NCBI GenBank assembly: GCA_010015805.1
Contig: ML978122.1
Span: 716,453 to 780,452, forward strand
Direction of reading: 5' to 3'
Length of the DNA stretch: 64,000 nt
From: Rhizodiscina lignyota
Taxonomy: Eukaryota
Numbering within the stretch: position 1 is the stretch's first letter; every line of letters starts with the position of its first letter. Made by a program: the position numbers and the translations under genes. Shown here one piece after another: positions 1 through 12,503 of the stretch. The notes under the pieces are model-generated. The model was not told the DNA's origin, did not search any database, and worked only from the letters and a program-made list of their open reading frames with translations.

Positions 1-1777
1 CGGGAAGTTCGTGTAGCTGCCGTTGCCCGCGAGCTCGTCGTTGACCCAGGCCGTCGCCAGCGCGTCGACGGGCTGGCACGCGGCAGAGGCGGCGTCGTAG
101 TTTGGCAGGAACGAGACGTACGGCGAGAAGAGGCGCCATAGTGCGGACACGTACTCGGGTTTTGCGGGGCCTAAGAGAGAGCGGTAGGGGAGCGTAGACA
201 CCAGCTGGGCGACTTGGTTCGCGAAGTCGCCGTAGATGTAGAACAGTAGCGTCGGCTGGGCGCACGAGTCTGGCAGGGCGGCCATGTTGAAGAACTCCTG
301 GTTCATGAGCGTGGGGTTCGTGTCTTGCGCGTACGTCGGGTTCAGAAAGGTCACGAAGCCGGGAAAGTTGCGGTCCTGGGCCTTCAGCTTAGCGGACGTG
401 GTGGATGCGTCTGAAGATGGTTGGTGGAGTGGGATTGTCGTTGCTCTGATGTTGGGGTCGGATTTTGAGGGCTCAATTGGCGCGGTTGCTGTGCCGTTTT
501 GGACTGGCGAGTTCCAGAATGCGGTGGGGAAGGTGATGTAGACTTTGTCGAGATTGCCATAGCCCAAGGCGGATATGGCTTCTGAAAAGCGCTTTGGCAA
601 AGGCGGGTCGAATGCTTGACCGTGTCTCTGTAGCCATCCTAGCGGCGTAGTTACAACAATCTCGTCAAAGCTCTCTTCCGTATCTTCTTGAACTTCTCCG
701 GTCATGAAACTTGTGCTATCCTCGGGCGGACTCTGGCGGTGCACGAGCGAAGGGAAAGATCCACCAAGCTCATCGCCTTTCGACCGGATCTTCTTCACCG
801 TGCGGCCAAATTTGATCTTTGCAGATTCAAGCGCTGGCGCTGCAAGTCGTTTCAGAACCTTCGCATACGAATCCGCACAGAACAGATTATCGCCATCCAA
901 ACACTCCTCAAGCCAGAAGAACTTCAGACTCTGCTTCTCAACCGGTTGGCCAACGAAAGCGCCAAACATTCTACAACTCTGCTCAACGATTTTCATCCTC
1001 GCCGCACTGTCTGGGTTCCTGTCGCAGCCATATCTCTGTTCGATCCTAGTGTTGAAGAAATCTGCCAGACTTGCGCTTGACGGGATCTCGTTCTCCTTCG
1101 GGTCACGCGAGAACTTGGCATTACTCTCGTGCAGGCCGTCCTTGATGCTATCCCAGATGAACTCCTGGATCTCGGTCATTTCTTCCTCCGGGAGCGGCTG
1201 TTTCTGCGAGTCGACGGTGATTGACTTCTCGCCCCAGCTGTAGCCTATGGATCCGGTCTCTTTCACCAGGTCCATCATGGGGTTGTTGTCGGTGCCGTGT
1301 ATCCAGTTTGGGCCTCTGTGGGGCTATTAGAGTTCTGGATAGCTTGCTTGGTGGGCACATAAAGACTTACAAATCGACGAGATGCTTCCCGCTCATTGTG
1401 CCTTGTCCAAGCTATCTCCAATGTCAGCTTCAATTTCCAAATGTCACACCCAGCTCACTTACACGTCCGCCGAGTCTCTCTCTGCCTTCAATAATAGTAA
1501 CTTGCACGCCATGCTTCGATAAGACCTCGGCACATCTCAATCCAGCAACGCCTCCACCAACAATACCAATATGAAGTCTGCGGCCAACAGGCAACGCTCT
1601 TCTGAGCATCGACGCACCCACGCCATTCATGGTATTGCCGGGCTGGTGAATGCTGGCTGTGAGATCTTGATGTATGCGAGACATGCCTTTCGGGCTATGC
1701 GGGAGCTTGAACCTGCTTCCGTTATCATGAGGTCGTTGTTCCACAAGTGCCGACGCCATGATTTCACTCGATGGCAT
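1..1777 (-). CDS. Flavin-containing amine oxidase (polyamine oxidase/Fms1-like), 3' end runs off the window; start codon uncertain (1777, 1759 or 1630)
   Basis: FAD-binding motif HIGIVGGGVAGLRCA...IIEGRERLGGR. GT-AG introns 1462-1412 and 1370-1316 join to VDLGPNWIHGTDNNP, and the downstream exon contains LGYGNLDKVYITFPTAFW. Confidence 0.88.
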
Positions 1778-2882
1778 GGGTAGTGCGAAGGGGAGTTGAA
1801 GGTTAGAGTTCGGGTATGTAATCGTAATTGTGGTCAAGCGATTGCGAACACTCCTGGCACAAGTCGAGCAGCACCAGAAAGTGTGAGATGTACAAAACGG
1901 CAATCATTCTAAAAACAAAACGGCCAACTGAGGCTGCGAGACGCGTGAGGTGTGATGTGATGTCGGGAATGTTAAGGGAGAAAAGAGACAGTGAGATAGG
2001 GAAATATTTTTGGAAGGGGTGTGCTACATAAACAACACAAATACCGCCGGAATGGGGAGAAAAGCGCACGATGAATGTGCAAGTTCCCGGGGGTCGAGCG
2101 AATGACGAATTAATGTCCGGAGCTGTGCCACATGCCAGCCGGCCGGCCTTTCGCGATCATTGGCGAGACGAGGAAAAGAGGGACAAGAAGAGTGGTCGTG
2201 AATGGAAGATTACGGATACACTCGTTATCAGGCAAAATCGGATGCAAGGCCTCAGGCATTCATGGTGGCAGCCAGTCAGAGATTTGCGGTATGGAAAGCC
2301 GCAACTTGCTCCAGCTCGATGGAAATAAGGGGCAGGTATCGGCATCGCTCAACCGCCTCACCTTTGCTAGAAGCTTAGAAGGCTAGCAGCACCTCCAGAA
2401 TGGTCCAGATCGGGCGGCGTTATCCCTGTGTGGGTTTGCTGAGAAGAGCTAAGAGTGAGTCGCACAGGCGGCTAATCTTTTGAGATGCCACGCACCTGGG
2501 CCCAAATGTCAACACTTCGCCGCAATTCGTAAAGATGACCGAGGCAGCCGTAGATCCGTTTCTGCGCTCTCGAATTGCCGCAGCTGGCATTCGGAGGTTC
2601 GTTCTCGATGCGGAGAGAGCCGTTCCTGATGCAATGCGCGCGTACAGAAGTCTTAAATCCGAGCGCGATAGGCGGTGTTTCAAAAGTGCGAGTGCAACGA
2701 TGAGAATGTTTCCGATTGCGCATGTACTCTGACGAAACACCTAAGAGCTGATCACTTGACCATGATCAAACGACAAAGCTCCAATGACACCTGAAAATGC
2801 GATATCCAAAAACCCATCGGACCAATCTCCGACCTTGGATGCCCGAATACGCCCGCCGCCAACCGCTCCATGACTCCACAAT

Positions 2883-4765
2883 TTACTCCCAATTGCCCTT
2901 TGAAAGACTCAAAAGCCCTTGAACGCAGTCCATCTCCTCACCGCTTCCGACACTAGCTCTGCCACTACCACCACGGCCCGCACCCATGAAGCGGGAGACC
3001 TCCTCGTCGACCTCCGGACTAATATTCTCGGCATCCTCGCTTCCGCTCTTGGCCCGCCTCTCCCTAGCCAGCATGGCACCCAGGCTACTGCTCTGACTCG
3101 GGATGGACAGATTCTCGCCCAACACGGCTCGACGAGTTTTCTGCGACGAGGTGCCTGGCCGACGCCGCAGAGGTTGTGAGCCACCGTGTTTGGGTTCCCA
3201 GTTCTCCTTGTCCGAGTCATTGTTTGGGATTTCAAACTCGTCCATATCGTCCTTCTGCTTCTCTTTCGACGCTTCCGTCTTGTCATACTTTCGAGTCTCC
3301 GTAGGAAGACGACCCGTTGCAGTTGCAGACCTGGAAAAGGACGGGTTTGTATTCACATTCGTGGGCCTGAGCGCCTGTCTTCTGTTTGCGTTGACCTTCA
3401 TGGCAGCTGCGTTTCGACTGTTCGACCTTATCAGGCCAATGGCATCAGCCGCAGAGCCACTCCCTTCTTGCTCCGCTTTCTCTGTTAGAGAGTTGCGCGC
3501 CTCGCTATCACACCAGAATTCCCACGCTCTGGAATCGCGAGACCGTCCGCTGGAAGTCTTCTGGAGCTTCCGCGCGGTAAGATCAGCTTCGGCCTGCATA
3601 AGCTTATCATTCAGACCGGCAGCGCTATAGCTCCGGCGGAGGCCAGCGGGGTAGGTTCCAGACGGCGCAGTGGAAGGCACGGGTTGTGATCGCGGAGGAG
3701 AAGGCGTGGGACTGTCGTGATTGATGACTTTTGCCTTGCCATCCCAACCCATGGATAACCTGACGGAACCAGAACGTTTCAATCGTCGCTCATTGGATGC
3801 AATGGGCTGCGATGCTGGCTGTGAAACAAATGATTCCCCAGCCGATTGGACGAAAGACGCACTGCGGCGGTTGGCTAGGTATCCTGTCCTTGCAGCAGAC
3901 GTGGTGCTATCTTGCGATGACATGAAAGATTGCGAAGCTGGTAGTTCCGCAGGCATCGTGGTGAAAGATGACGGGTCCGTAGCAGTACGGGCTGCATCGT
4001 CAGTTGTCTGGCTCTCAGCTTTAGAGTGCTTAGTAGCCGAGGACGGCGCAGTTCCAGCAGTCAAATCCTGCGCTTCAGTCGCATCGGTCTGCTTTTGAGA
4101 CGCAGAGGGCTCCGAAGCAGTACCATCTACATTGGTTGGCAAATTCTCTTTGTTATCGTCCGCTTCGTCTTTATGAGGTTCGATATTATCGCTGCTCAAG
4201 GATGGTCCATCAGAGCTAGGATGTAGTCGATTCAGAATTTCTTCGGTCGAAAGAGGTTGGGCCTTTCTGCGCGAATTTTGTCGTCTGTTCTGGAACCAGA
4301 TCTGTAGCAATGGCAAGTCAGCTTCCTGTGCAATGATGGATAAATGTAGGAGCCTTGGATTAGACGGACCTGAACTTCTTTCTCTCCCAACGCGACACTT
4401 TTCACAATATCCATACGTGTCGCTTTATCTGGCCTTGGATTTCGCTGGTATTCAGCTTCGAGAATCTTCTGATCCTCAGGACTGCGACAAGGTTACGCGT
4501 CAGTAGTGCGATTCCAAGCGGTGTGTCGCGACGCTTGATCACGTCCACAACGCGTATTTTGAGGATCGATATTGATATGAAGATGGACATACCTCGTCCT
4601 CCGACGTTTCTGACGAACTAAAGGCTTATCATCAATGTCTGGTGGTAGACTGCGCGATATGCTATCCTGGGAATGCACCAGCCACGCAAGACTGGTGGTG
4701 GGACTGGACGATTTGCGGTCGCTGCCGCTGCTGGCACTGGAGCCCTCTCTCGCAGTGTCCGCCAT
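2883..4765 (-). CDS. Homeodomain transcription factor, Yox1-like (3 exons)
   Basis: Splicing introns 4592-4482 and 4369-4302 gives RQKRRRTSPEDQKILEAEYQRNPRPDKATRMDIVKSVALGEKEVQIWFQNRRQNSRRK, a homeodomain with WFQNRR, followed by a long low-complexity C-terminus. Confidence 0.88.
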
Positions 4766-5262
4766 CTGGAGTTGAGTGTATCGAGATTGTTAGAAATGTA
4801 AACGATGAAGCATCCTGTGCTGCGCGTTGGGGATGGAATACGAATATTGTGATTGGGATGGGATGCGTCGCGTTGTCGTGTGCGGACTCGGTGGTTCGAG
4901 CGTTCGGCGGATGACGCGCAGCACAGAACGGGCCGAGCAGGCGGAACGTCAAGCGAATTCCAGAGCTGCCCTGCTCGCTCGTAACTGGATGGAATAAATT
5001 GAGCTCTGGCGCGAATCGACGCGCTGGACCTTGTCACGCTGTCCAAATTGCGGCGGTAGAGATGTATGCGCGTTTTCGATGCTAGATCGAGGCATTGGTT
5101 TCATTTTCATGTGAGACACCAATCGCGTCGGACACGCCTAGTCACGTGCGCTTCAGCCACCCGCAATCGTGCCAAGCCTTGGGGTGCATGTGCAATCTGG
5201 AGCTTGCCCTCGCCGTCGAGACATCTTTCAACCGCAGTCGAATAGGAAACAAGCCAACCACA

Positions 5263-7037
5263 ATGACAGAAGCAGATGACAAGGAGAAGGCTGAGAAGCT
5301 TGCCGCCGCAAAGAAGCGCGTACGACATTCTTATTTCAATGGGGGCTGACAGCTCCAGCTGACCTGGCCTCAACAGTTCGAACAATTGAAGAAGCAGAAA
5401 GCGGGCGGCGACAAAGCTCCAACAAAGAAGAAAGCAGCATCTAAGAAGAAGGAAGAGAAAGCAGAAGAAGCGAAAGACGAAAAGGCTGAGGACGGGGAAG
5501 CCGAAGCGGCAGAGGCAGACAAACAGGAGGAACCAGCGGAAGAGCCATCAGACGCAGTCGGAGAAGCCTCAGCATCAGCAGCTCCGCAGATTGAATCAGC
5601 GCTGAAATCGCCGACATTACCGACCGGTGAAACTGCGCAAGACATATACCGGAGGCAGGCGACTCGGATAGAGGAGTTGGAGAAGGAGAATAAGCAATTA
5701 CAGGCGGATGCGGACAAGCTCGAAAGCCAGAAGCGCAAAGCTCAAGATGAGTTGGAAGAGTTGCGCGAATCCAATAGTGAGGTGGCAGAGCTCAAGTCGA
5801 AAGCACAAGAAGCTGATAAACTGGTTTGTGCGAATGATTCTACGTTAAGGGTTAAATGCTAACACCAGCTCAGAAATCCGAATTGACATCCCTCCAACGC
5901 CAAAACTCCCAACTCCAGGCTAAGCGACGAACCTCGTCCACTGTCGGCGTCTCTACAACATCCTCATCCCCAGATAGCGACATCGCAGCCCAACTCGCTT
6001 CCAAGTCCAGCACTATCGAATCTCTGGAGCTCGAACTCTCGAAACTCCACAACCAACTCTCCACCGCAACCAATGCAAATACCGAATCCGCCTCTAGAGT
6101 AACCTCACTCGAGTCCTCCGCACAAAAAGCAGAAGCCAAAGCCGAGTTAGCAGAAAAGGAACTCGCCGACCTCAAAGCAAACCTCGCATCAGCCTCCGAG
6201 AAGGCCGTGAAAGAAGGCGGCGAGCGCTCAGCAGCAGAGACACGCATCGCGCAACTTGAAGCAGAGTTGAGCGCTGCGCAACGCAGTGCAGCTGAGGCAG
6301 CGAAGCGCGCAGAGACGCTGGAGAAGAAGGTCGAGGCGCTGGCGGGATTGCATCGTGAGGCTGAGGCGCGGAATCAGGTCCGAGTAAGAGAGGCGGATAA
6401 GGTGGAGCGTGAGGCGAAAGAACTTAAGGCAAGAGTAGCTGGATTGAGCAATGAGAATGCTAGACTAAAGGATGAGGTTGAGCGCGAGAGGAGGAAGCGG
6501 GGTATGAGTGCGGAGGGCGACGACGATGGCGTCGAGGAGCTGGAAGAAGAGGAGAGGAAGAAGCTTATTGTACAGGTTAGGGAATTAGAAGAGGAAGTGT
6601 TCGAGCTCAGGAGAGGTGTCTGGAGAGACAGACGCAGACAGATGCAGCCCGGCTTGGAAGAGAATGGTAACACCGGGTTCGACGAGGTGGATCTGGTGGG
6701 CGGGGCGGGTAGTCCTATCTTGAGTCAGCGACAGAGTGGACACAGGCAGGGAAGCAGCTTCCAAGACGTCATCAATAGTGGCATCAGCGCGTTCATGGGC
6801 GACAATGGGAGGAGAGGGTCGTCAGCGCAGAGATCGCGCGGCCAGAGCTTGGGCATGTTGAGTGAAGGTGACGATATGGAGTTCGATGAGGACGCGTTCA
6901 GGGCGGCGCAGGAGGAAGAGGGGAAGAGGAGGATAGAGAGGATCAAGGAGGTTAAGAGGGGCCTGAAGCAGTGGGAGGGATGGAGAGTCGATGTGGTGGA
7001 TGTACGGTCTGGCATGGGCGGCGTCTTTGATGTTTGA
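5263..7037 (+). CDS. Conserved fungal coiled-coil protein ('M protein repeat' type), 3 exons
   Basis: ATG 5263 MTEADDKEKAEKLAAAKKR; introns 5320-5376 and 5824-5873; long E/K/A-rich heptads; C-terminus IKEVKRGLKQWEGWRVDVVDVR...GVFDV. Confidence 0.8.
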
Positions 7038-8558
7038 TGAATCTACTTCACCGAATGTATTCTCTGCTTCTGCGAGCAGACTGGCAGAGGCAATGAGATG
7101 GTGCAGACCCTCATCAAGCTAGCCGATGCTCATGGAAAGCTCACCTGGCGCTAAATCTTCTCTAAATAGATTTGCGGCTTGAATTGCAATTGGGTTTGCG
7201 CTATTTGAAATATTCATGACTTCCCGCTTATCCATATGCTTCAGAATCATCTGGCTTGGTCGCTTTCTTTGCCGCCAGCCCCTTTCTACAACTATGAGAC
7301 ATCATTCAGACAGCAGTTGTAATTCCAGGCTGCGGAGATTGTCAAGGCTTTCTACTCGTGATTAAGTCGAACCTGAAATGTAAAGACTCGTGCAGGGAAA
7401 TCCAAAGACATTCTTGCCAAGTTTCAACAAATTTAAGGAGGCATTTCTCCTGCTCGAACCGTAGTGTATCTACCCGTTGAGGTAGAGCAGAAGCAACCTC
7501 TAGGCAGTCACTAACATTGAATAACTCTCCTTGTGTTAGCCCTTAGCTATACTTGCTAGGCGTTACTTTGACAGTTCAATTACTACCCGCCAGTCGTCCA
7601 CACCTCCTATCTTGATGCCGCGCGCTTCGAATGCGTGTAGGGAGGCGGCACGTAGTCAGGTGCGTGGTTGAGGCTCAATTCTGCATCTGCATTTGGCACC
7701 GTTCGAGTGGGGCCGCGTCGCAGCGAACGAGCCGCATGGAGTCTGTGCTCCAACGTTAGATCGTCAGGGGCACTCAAGCATTCCATTTCCAGAGGTTTGC
7801 TTTGATCAGAAATCGCCTTGCTTTTGCCTCCGCGCGCAATGGAATCTACATAGCACGGTGGGTGTTTGTTTTTGTTTATTCGAATTGCTCATATTTCATG
7901 CGTGGAATGCGCGATAGACGTCACTCCATCCCCATGCGGACTAGCCAGGGACAAGGGACGGCGTCGGCTTCGCAGGGGAAAGCTTGATGCCGACCTTCTG
8001 CGAGCACCGCAATGTGGCTGCAGCGTGGCTGAACGACGACTGCTCTCCTGGTTGGAAGTGCGGCGGCTTGGTCGACCGCAGCAGAGTAATCTCCGGCCGC
8101 GAGAGTAGTGAGGATTCAGACGCAAAGATGTAGCACTTCTGCGAGAAAGCAGCATTGTGAGTCAGGCATCTGCTGGAGAGACAAAACGAGATGAGCAGTT
8201 GTATAGTTTTGGACGATGAAAGAAACACTGTAATGAGGAAATCCAACAAGAGAATGGATCGCCAGGCCAACTCATTTGGTGAATATGGGGACAGACGCAA
8301 CTTGGCTAGCGACGATAGGAATCCATGACTCTGCCCCACGAGCAGGTTGCAACGAACCACACGTCTGGTGAGCGCGAGTCGTTTGCTTCCTCATGCCATC
8401 TGCGCTCTTGTGCCTTCTGCTCGTCTTGTAGGCGCGCTGCTCGGTGACGTGGTGGCTTGTTGCCGGCAGTGGACGCATGTTGTAGAGGGCGAGATGGCAT
8501 CAATTTGCGGCGAGCTCTCACGGCCTCTGCCTCTGCACGAAGCTTGATTGCAGTGCGC

Positions 8559-8586
8559 GTCAAAGCAGTCAAAGCAGTCCAAGCAG
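8559..8586. repeat. Short tandem repeat (GTCAAAGCA)x3 upstream of the SUN gene
   Basis: gtcaaagca gtcaaagca gtccaagca read directly from the sequence. Confidence 0.7.
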
Positions 8587-9292
8587 GCGCTGCGCCGCAT
8601 TGGGCGAGTGTGATTGGCGATGCGAAATGAGGCCACGCCAAGCAGCGCGCCTTCCCCATGCAGACGCAGACCCTGGCCAGGGCGACCGCAGGCATTCCCC
8701 CTACTTCGAGCTTCCCTTTGCATTCACGCTCTCTTCACCTCACACCTCTCTGCACCCGCTGCATGGCACAATTCACCAAGCCGTAGAGCTTCGCGACGCA
8801 GCAAGAGAGTCCTCTTTCTAAAACCACACTCCTTTATCATTCCACCAACTATCGGAGCGCAGTCTCCCATTCACTCATTAGGAACCCCATTCTCGTGCCA
8901 CACCGCACGAGACAACAATACCACGCGAAATCCAATTCACGCGCACAACCACCCAACTTCACCCACATTCGCTTGTACAAAGCTCCAATTGACTCGTACC
9001 ACGTCCGATACGCGAAACTTTGCCCGCGGCGCAGAGCACATCTCGAGTTTTCGTCAAATATCTCCGCGCGTCAAAGATACGCTGCGTCTCTACGTACCAG
9101 CACCAGATTTTCCGCGGCGTCGATCTGAATAAAAAGTCACTCAAATCGCCCACGAACTTCGAACGTCGAGCGTTCTCAGCAATTGACTCATCGAATTTCC
9201 AGCAACACTCTTTCATCATCGAGCGTGCGAAACTACGCTTTTGTGAGACGTCCAAACCTTCGAGCAGACGACTGTACATCAAATCACACAAA

Positions 9293-10710
9293 ATGAGGAC
9301 CTCACTTTTCCTCGTTGCAGCTGCCGCCGCTCTGGCTGTTGCTCAGCCTCATGGACACTCCCATCGCCATATACACGCGAAGAAGGCAGCTCAAGTTCAG
9401 GAGCCTCGGATAGTGAAACGCATTCCCAACCCTGATTACACCGTTGTAGACTCGGACGACCCAGTCTGGGTGTGCCAGCTTGGGGACCGTATCCTCACCT
9501 ACGAGGAATGCCAGGCGGGTCTGCACAACGGAACATTGACGTCTCCAGAGGGCCTTCTCCCAAGCACAAGCAAGCCGATTCCGACCCCATCCTCGACAAG
9601 TTCGACCTGGAGCTCTACGACGTCGACGTCGACGACAACAACAACCAGCAGCTCGTCTTCTACTCCACCACCACCGCCGAGCACGACAAGCTCAAGCAGC
9701 AGCGCAGCTCAGGTCCAGGCCGCTGATTACGTTCCCACCAGCTCAGCAAGCCCTACTCCATCTGCCTCCTCTAACTCTGGCTACATCGGTGGCGGAGGCA
9801 GCAGCGGTGTTGATTCTGACTTCCCTGATGGACAGCTCGACTGCAGCGACTTCCCAGACGAGTATGGCGCCCAGGCCATCAGCTATCTTGGACTCGGCGG
9901 ATGGACCGGTGTTCAGTGCCCTGGCGACAGCGGACCAGGAGGCTTCAACAACATCGAGACCGTCAAGAACGGCGGCTGCCAAGAAGGCTGCTACTGCTCT
10001 TACGCGTGCCCAGCCGGCTACCAGAAGATGCAGTGGCCAACTCTTCAAGGTCTGACTGGCCAGTCTGTGGGCGGCGTCCAATGCAAGAACGGCAAGCTGC
10101 ATCTGACCAGCGACTCTTCAAAGAGCCTGTGCGGCCCCGGCACTACAGCCGTCAAGGTCCAGATCCAGAACAACCTGCCTAAGAACTGCGCCGTCTGCCG
10201 TACCGACTACCCCGGCACTGAGTCCATGACCATCCCACTCAACACCCAGCCCGGCAGCACTGATCCGCTCACTTGCCCCTCGGAGGACTCGTACTACCAG
10301 TGGAAGGGCGCGCACACCTCCGCGCAGTACTACGTCAACAACATGGGCGTCAGCGTCGAGGACGGCTGCACGTGGAGCACGCCCGGAAGCAACCAGGGTA
10401 ACTTCGCACCTGTCAATCTGGGTGTCGGCTACCAAGATGGCACTGCTTGGCTCGCGATTCTGGCTAACAAGCCGACCAACCCGGACGCGCTGCTCAACTT
10501 CAATATCGAGCTTAAGGGCGACAACATGAACGGCAAGTGCAAGTACTCGAATGGACAGTACTGCTCGGGCGACAACTATGGCAACTGCAACAGCGATGGT
10601 TGCACGGTACGTTTTCTATCCTATATTAGCGCTACCAAAAAACACTAACATTGAAATCACAGGTCGCTGTAACAGGTGGCACAGCAACCTACGTCTTCTC
10701 CACGTCGTAA
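9293..10710 (+). CDS. SUN-family secreted beta-1,3-glucanase (GH132, Sun4/Psu1-like)
   Basis: Signal peptide MRTSLFLVAAAAALAVA, His-rich segment, S/T linker, and SUN domain FPDGQLDCSDFP...CSYACPAGYQKMQWP...CRTDYPGTE...SAQYYVNN. An intron at about 10608-10663 precedes the last exon ending ATYVFSTS*. Confidence 0.92.
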
Positions 10711-12485
10711 AATCGGTTCCAAATCTTTACTTACCGATAATTCGTATGTCTTAATGTTTTTTGAAATACTTTTCTTTTTCCCAACCGACAATCGGACAGT
10801 TACTACTTATTATGTCATCGTCATCTTGCAGAGAAACAGCGCGCACAATTAGCATCCAACAACGCATCTGAATGAATACATCGGGAAAAAAGAGTCAGAG
10901 ATAATATAATTACTGGACCGACGTTTGCTGCAGGGTGGAGTCGAGACCTGTCTTCGCCACGGTGGTTGCTGATCTGCATTGCGGAAGGTGCTCTGTTCTG
11001 AGGAGGTGGACGCGAAGCAAAGGGATGCGTCACAAACTGTTTTTTTGATTAGCGATGCGCTTTTTCTTGCGCAGATGGCCAGGTGGAGGCCCCGGAGGCG
11101 ACTCGTTTCCTTTTCTCATCTCATGTCTTGCAATACTGCCGTTGCTTGTTTTCCTTTGCGATTTTTCTTGCTCTCTTTCTGCGCTCACTGGCGGTCCGGC
11201 GCCTGCGGTGGTGTGTCTCGGCACACTCACCAATCTCTTCCGGCTGAAGCGCACACGGTTGGCGGAGTTGACGGGGGGTGTTTGTCGCGTTAGGTCTTGT
11301 GAGTGTTGGGGAGCAGAGCTTGGTGGCAGTTGGTACGATAGTCGTGTGGTGGTGGAGGTTGCAGCTTGTAATTGTACAAAAAGGGTTGAAGTTGACGGGC
11401 AGATGCAATCGTTGAGCAAATTCCATTTGTGATCTTTTTCCTCCGTCGTTGCGTGCTTGCTTCTTTTTGCTATTACGACTACTACTGCGGTGCCAGCCAA
11501 GGGAGTGGTCTAAGCTGTGATGATAACATAACTATTGCAAATGTCTAATATACATATCCGCTATCATGCATTGTCGAAGTCCGCACGATTGAATGGTGAA
11601 GCTGAGTTGGCATTTCGCCCTCCCCGAGGGAGCGGAATTGCGATATCCATATTCACGGTGATCCTCGAAGTGTCTGAGGGTGACAAGTAGCTGGGCTCGA
11701 TAGGGCTCGAACGGATGCAGTATGTATACGAAAGAGCTAGTTTCCCGTGAGTGGATAGTCTACAGAGTCATTCTATTACAAGCGCCTTCAGCACTTCCAA
11801 GAAGCTTCCGTGTCTTGGTGAGTTTACATTCGAGGTTGTCAGGGAGTAGCTTGCCAGGCCTGCCTTGAAAGATTTACTTCTGTTTGTCGCGGAAAGAGAC
11901 ACCGTTTCAGGTCTCATGCGCTCACGAGATACTAGCTCCTTCGTAGACAAGATGTGCTTTTCAATACGAGCAAGAGGGTCTCTGGAGTAAAAGCCTGCTT
12001 TTAATTTTAATATACTTGGAGTCATGTCTGGTGTAAACACTGCCTCAATGGCTACAGCCTGTGTTGACCGAGGAGAAAGAACCACCCGAGCAATCCGATT
12101 TATCGCAGCAAAAGTGCATCGATTCGTCACCCTCGAGAAAAGGGTGTACATCCTCTAGTTCTTCGCCGAGAACCTCGCTATGCCCCAGCAGGAAAATGTG
12201 CATCTGGAACAGAGAGCTAATTTCTTGCAGACTCCGATTCAATATCCTTCTCAATGCTCCGTACTGCTGCTGCTGCCTTGAGTGAGGTGGACCCCTTGGA
12301 TCAAGTTCCATGCAATGTGTGGTCCTGTGTATTGTCATTTGTTGGAGGAAGTGCGACCCTTCAAAGGCCCTTGAAGAGTCTGGCATATGCACTGGGCCAT
12401 TGGGGGATCCATCGCAGATATCTTCCTATCGAACCGAAAAGATGTGCTTCTGAAAAGCGGCGATAAGTAATGCCTTGAAGATAAC

Positions 12486-12503
12486 CTCTCTCTCTCTCTC
12501 TCT
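12486..12503. repeat. (CT)n microsatellite at the stop codon of the copper-fist TF
   Basis: ctctctctctctctctct. Confidence 0.8.

Noticed and set aside
7440..7620. tRNA-like T-loop (GGTTCGA on the minus strand)
   Set aside because: No cloverleaf or acceptor stem can be formed.
9020..9292. N-terminal extension of the SUN protein in the ORF track
   Set aside because: It has a TTG start, whereas ATG 9293 has good context and directly precedes a signal peptide.
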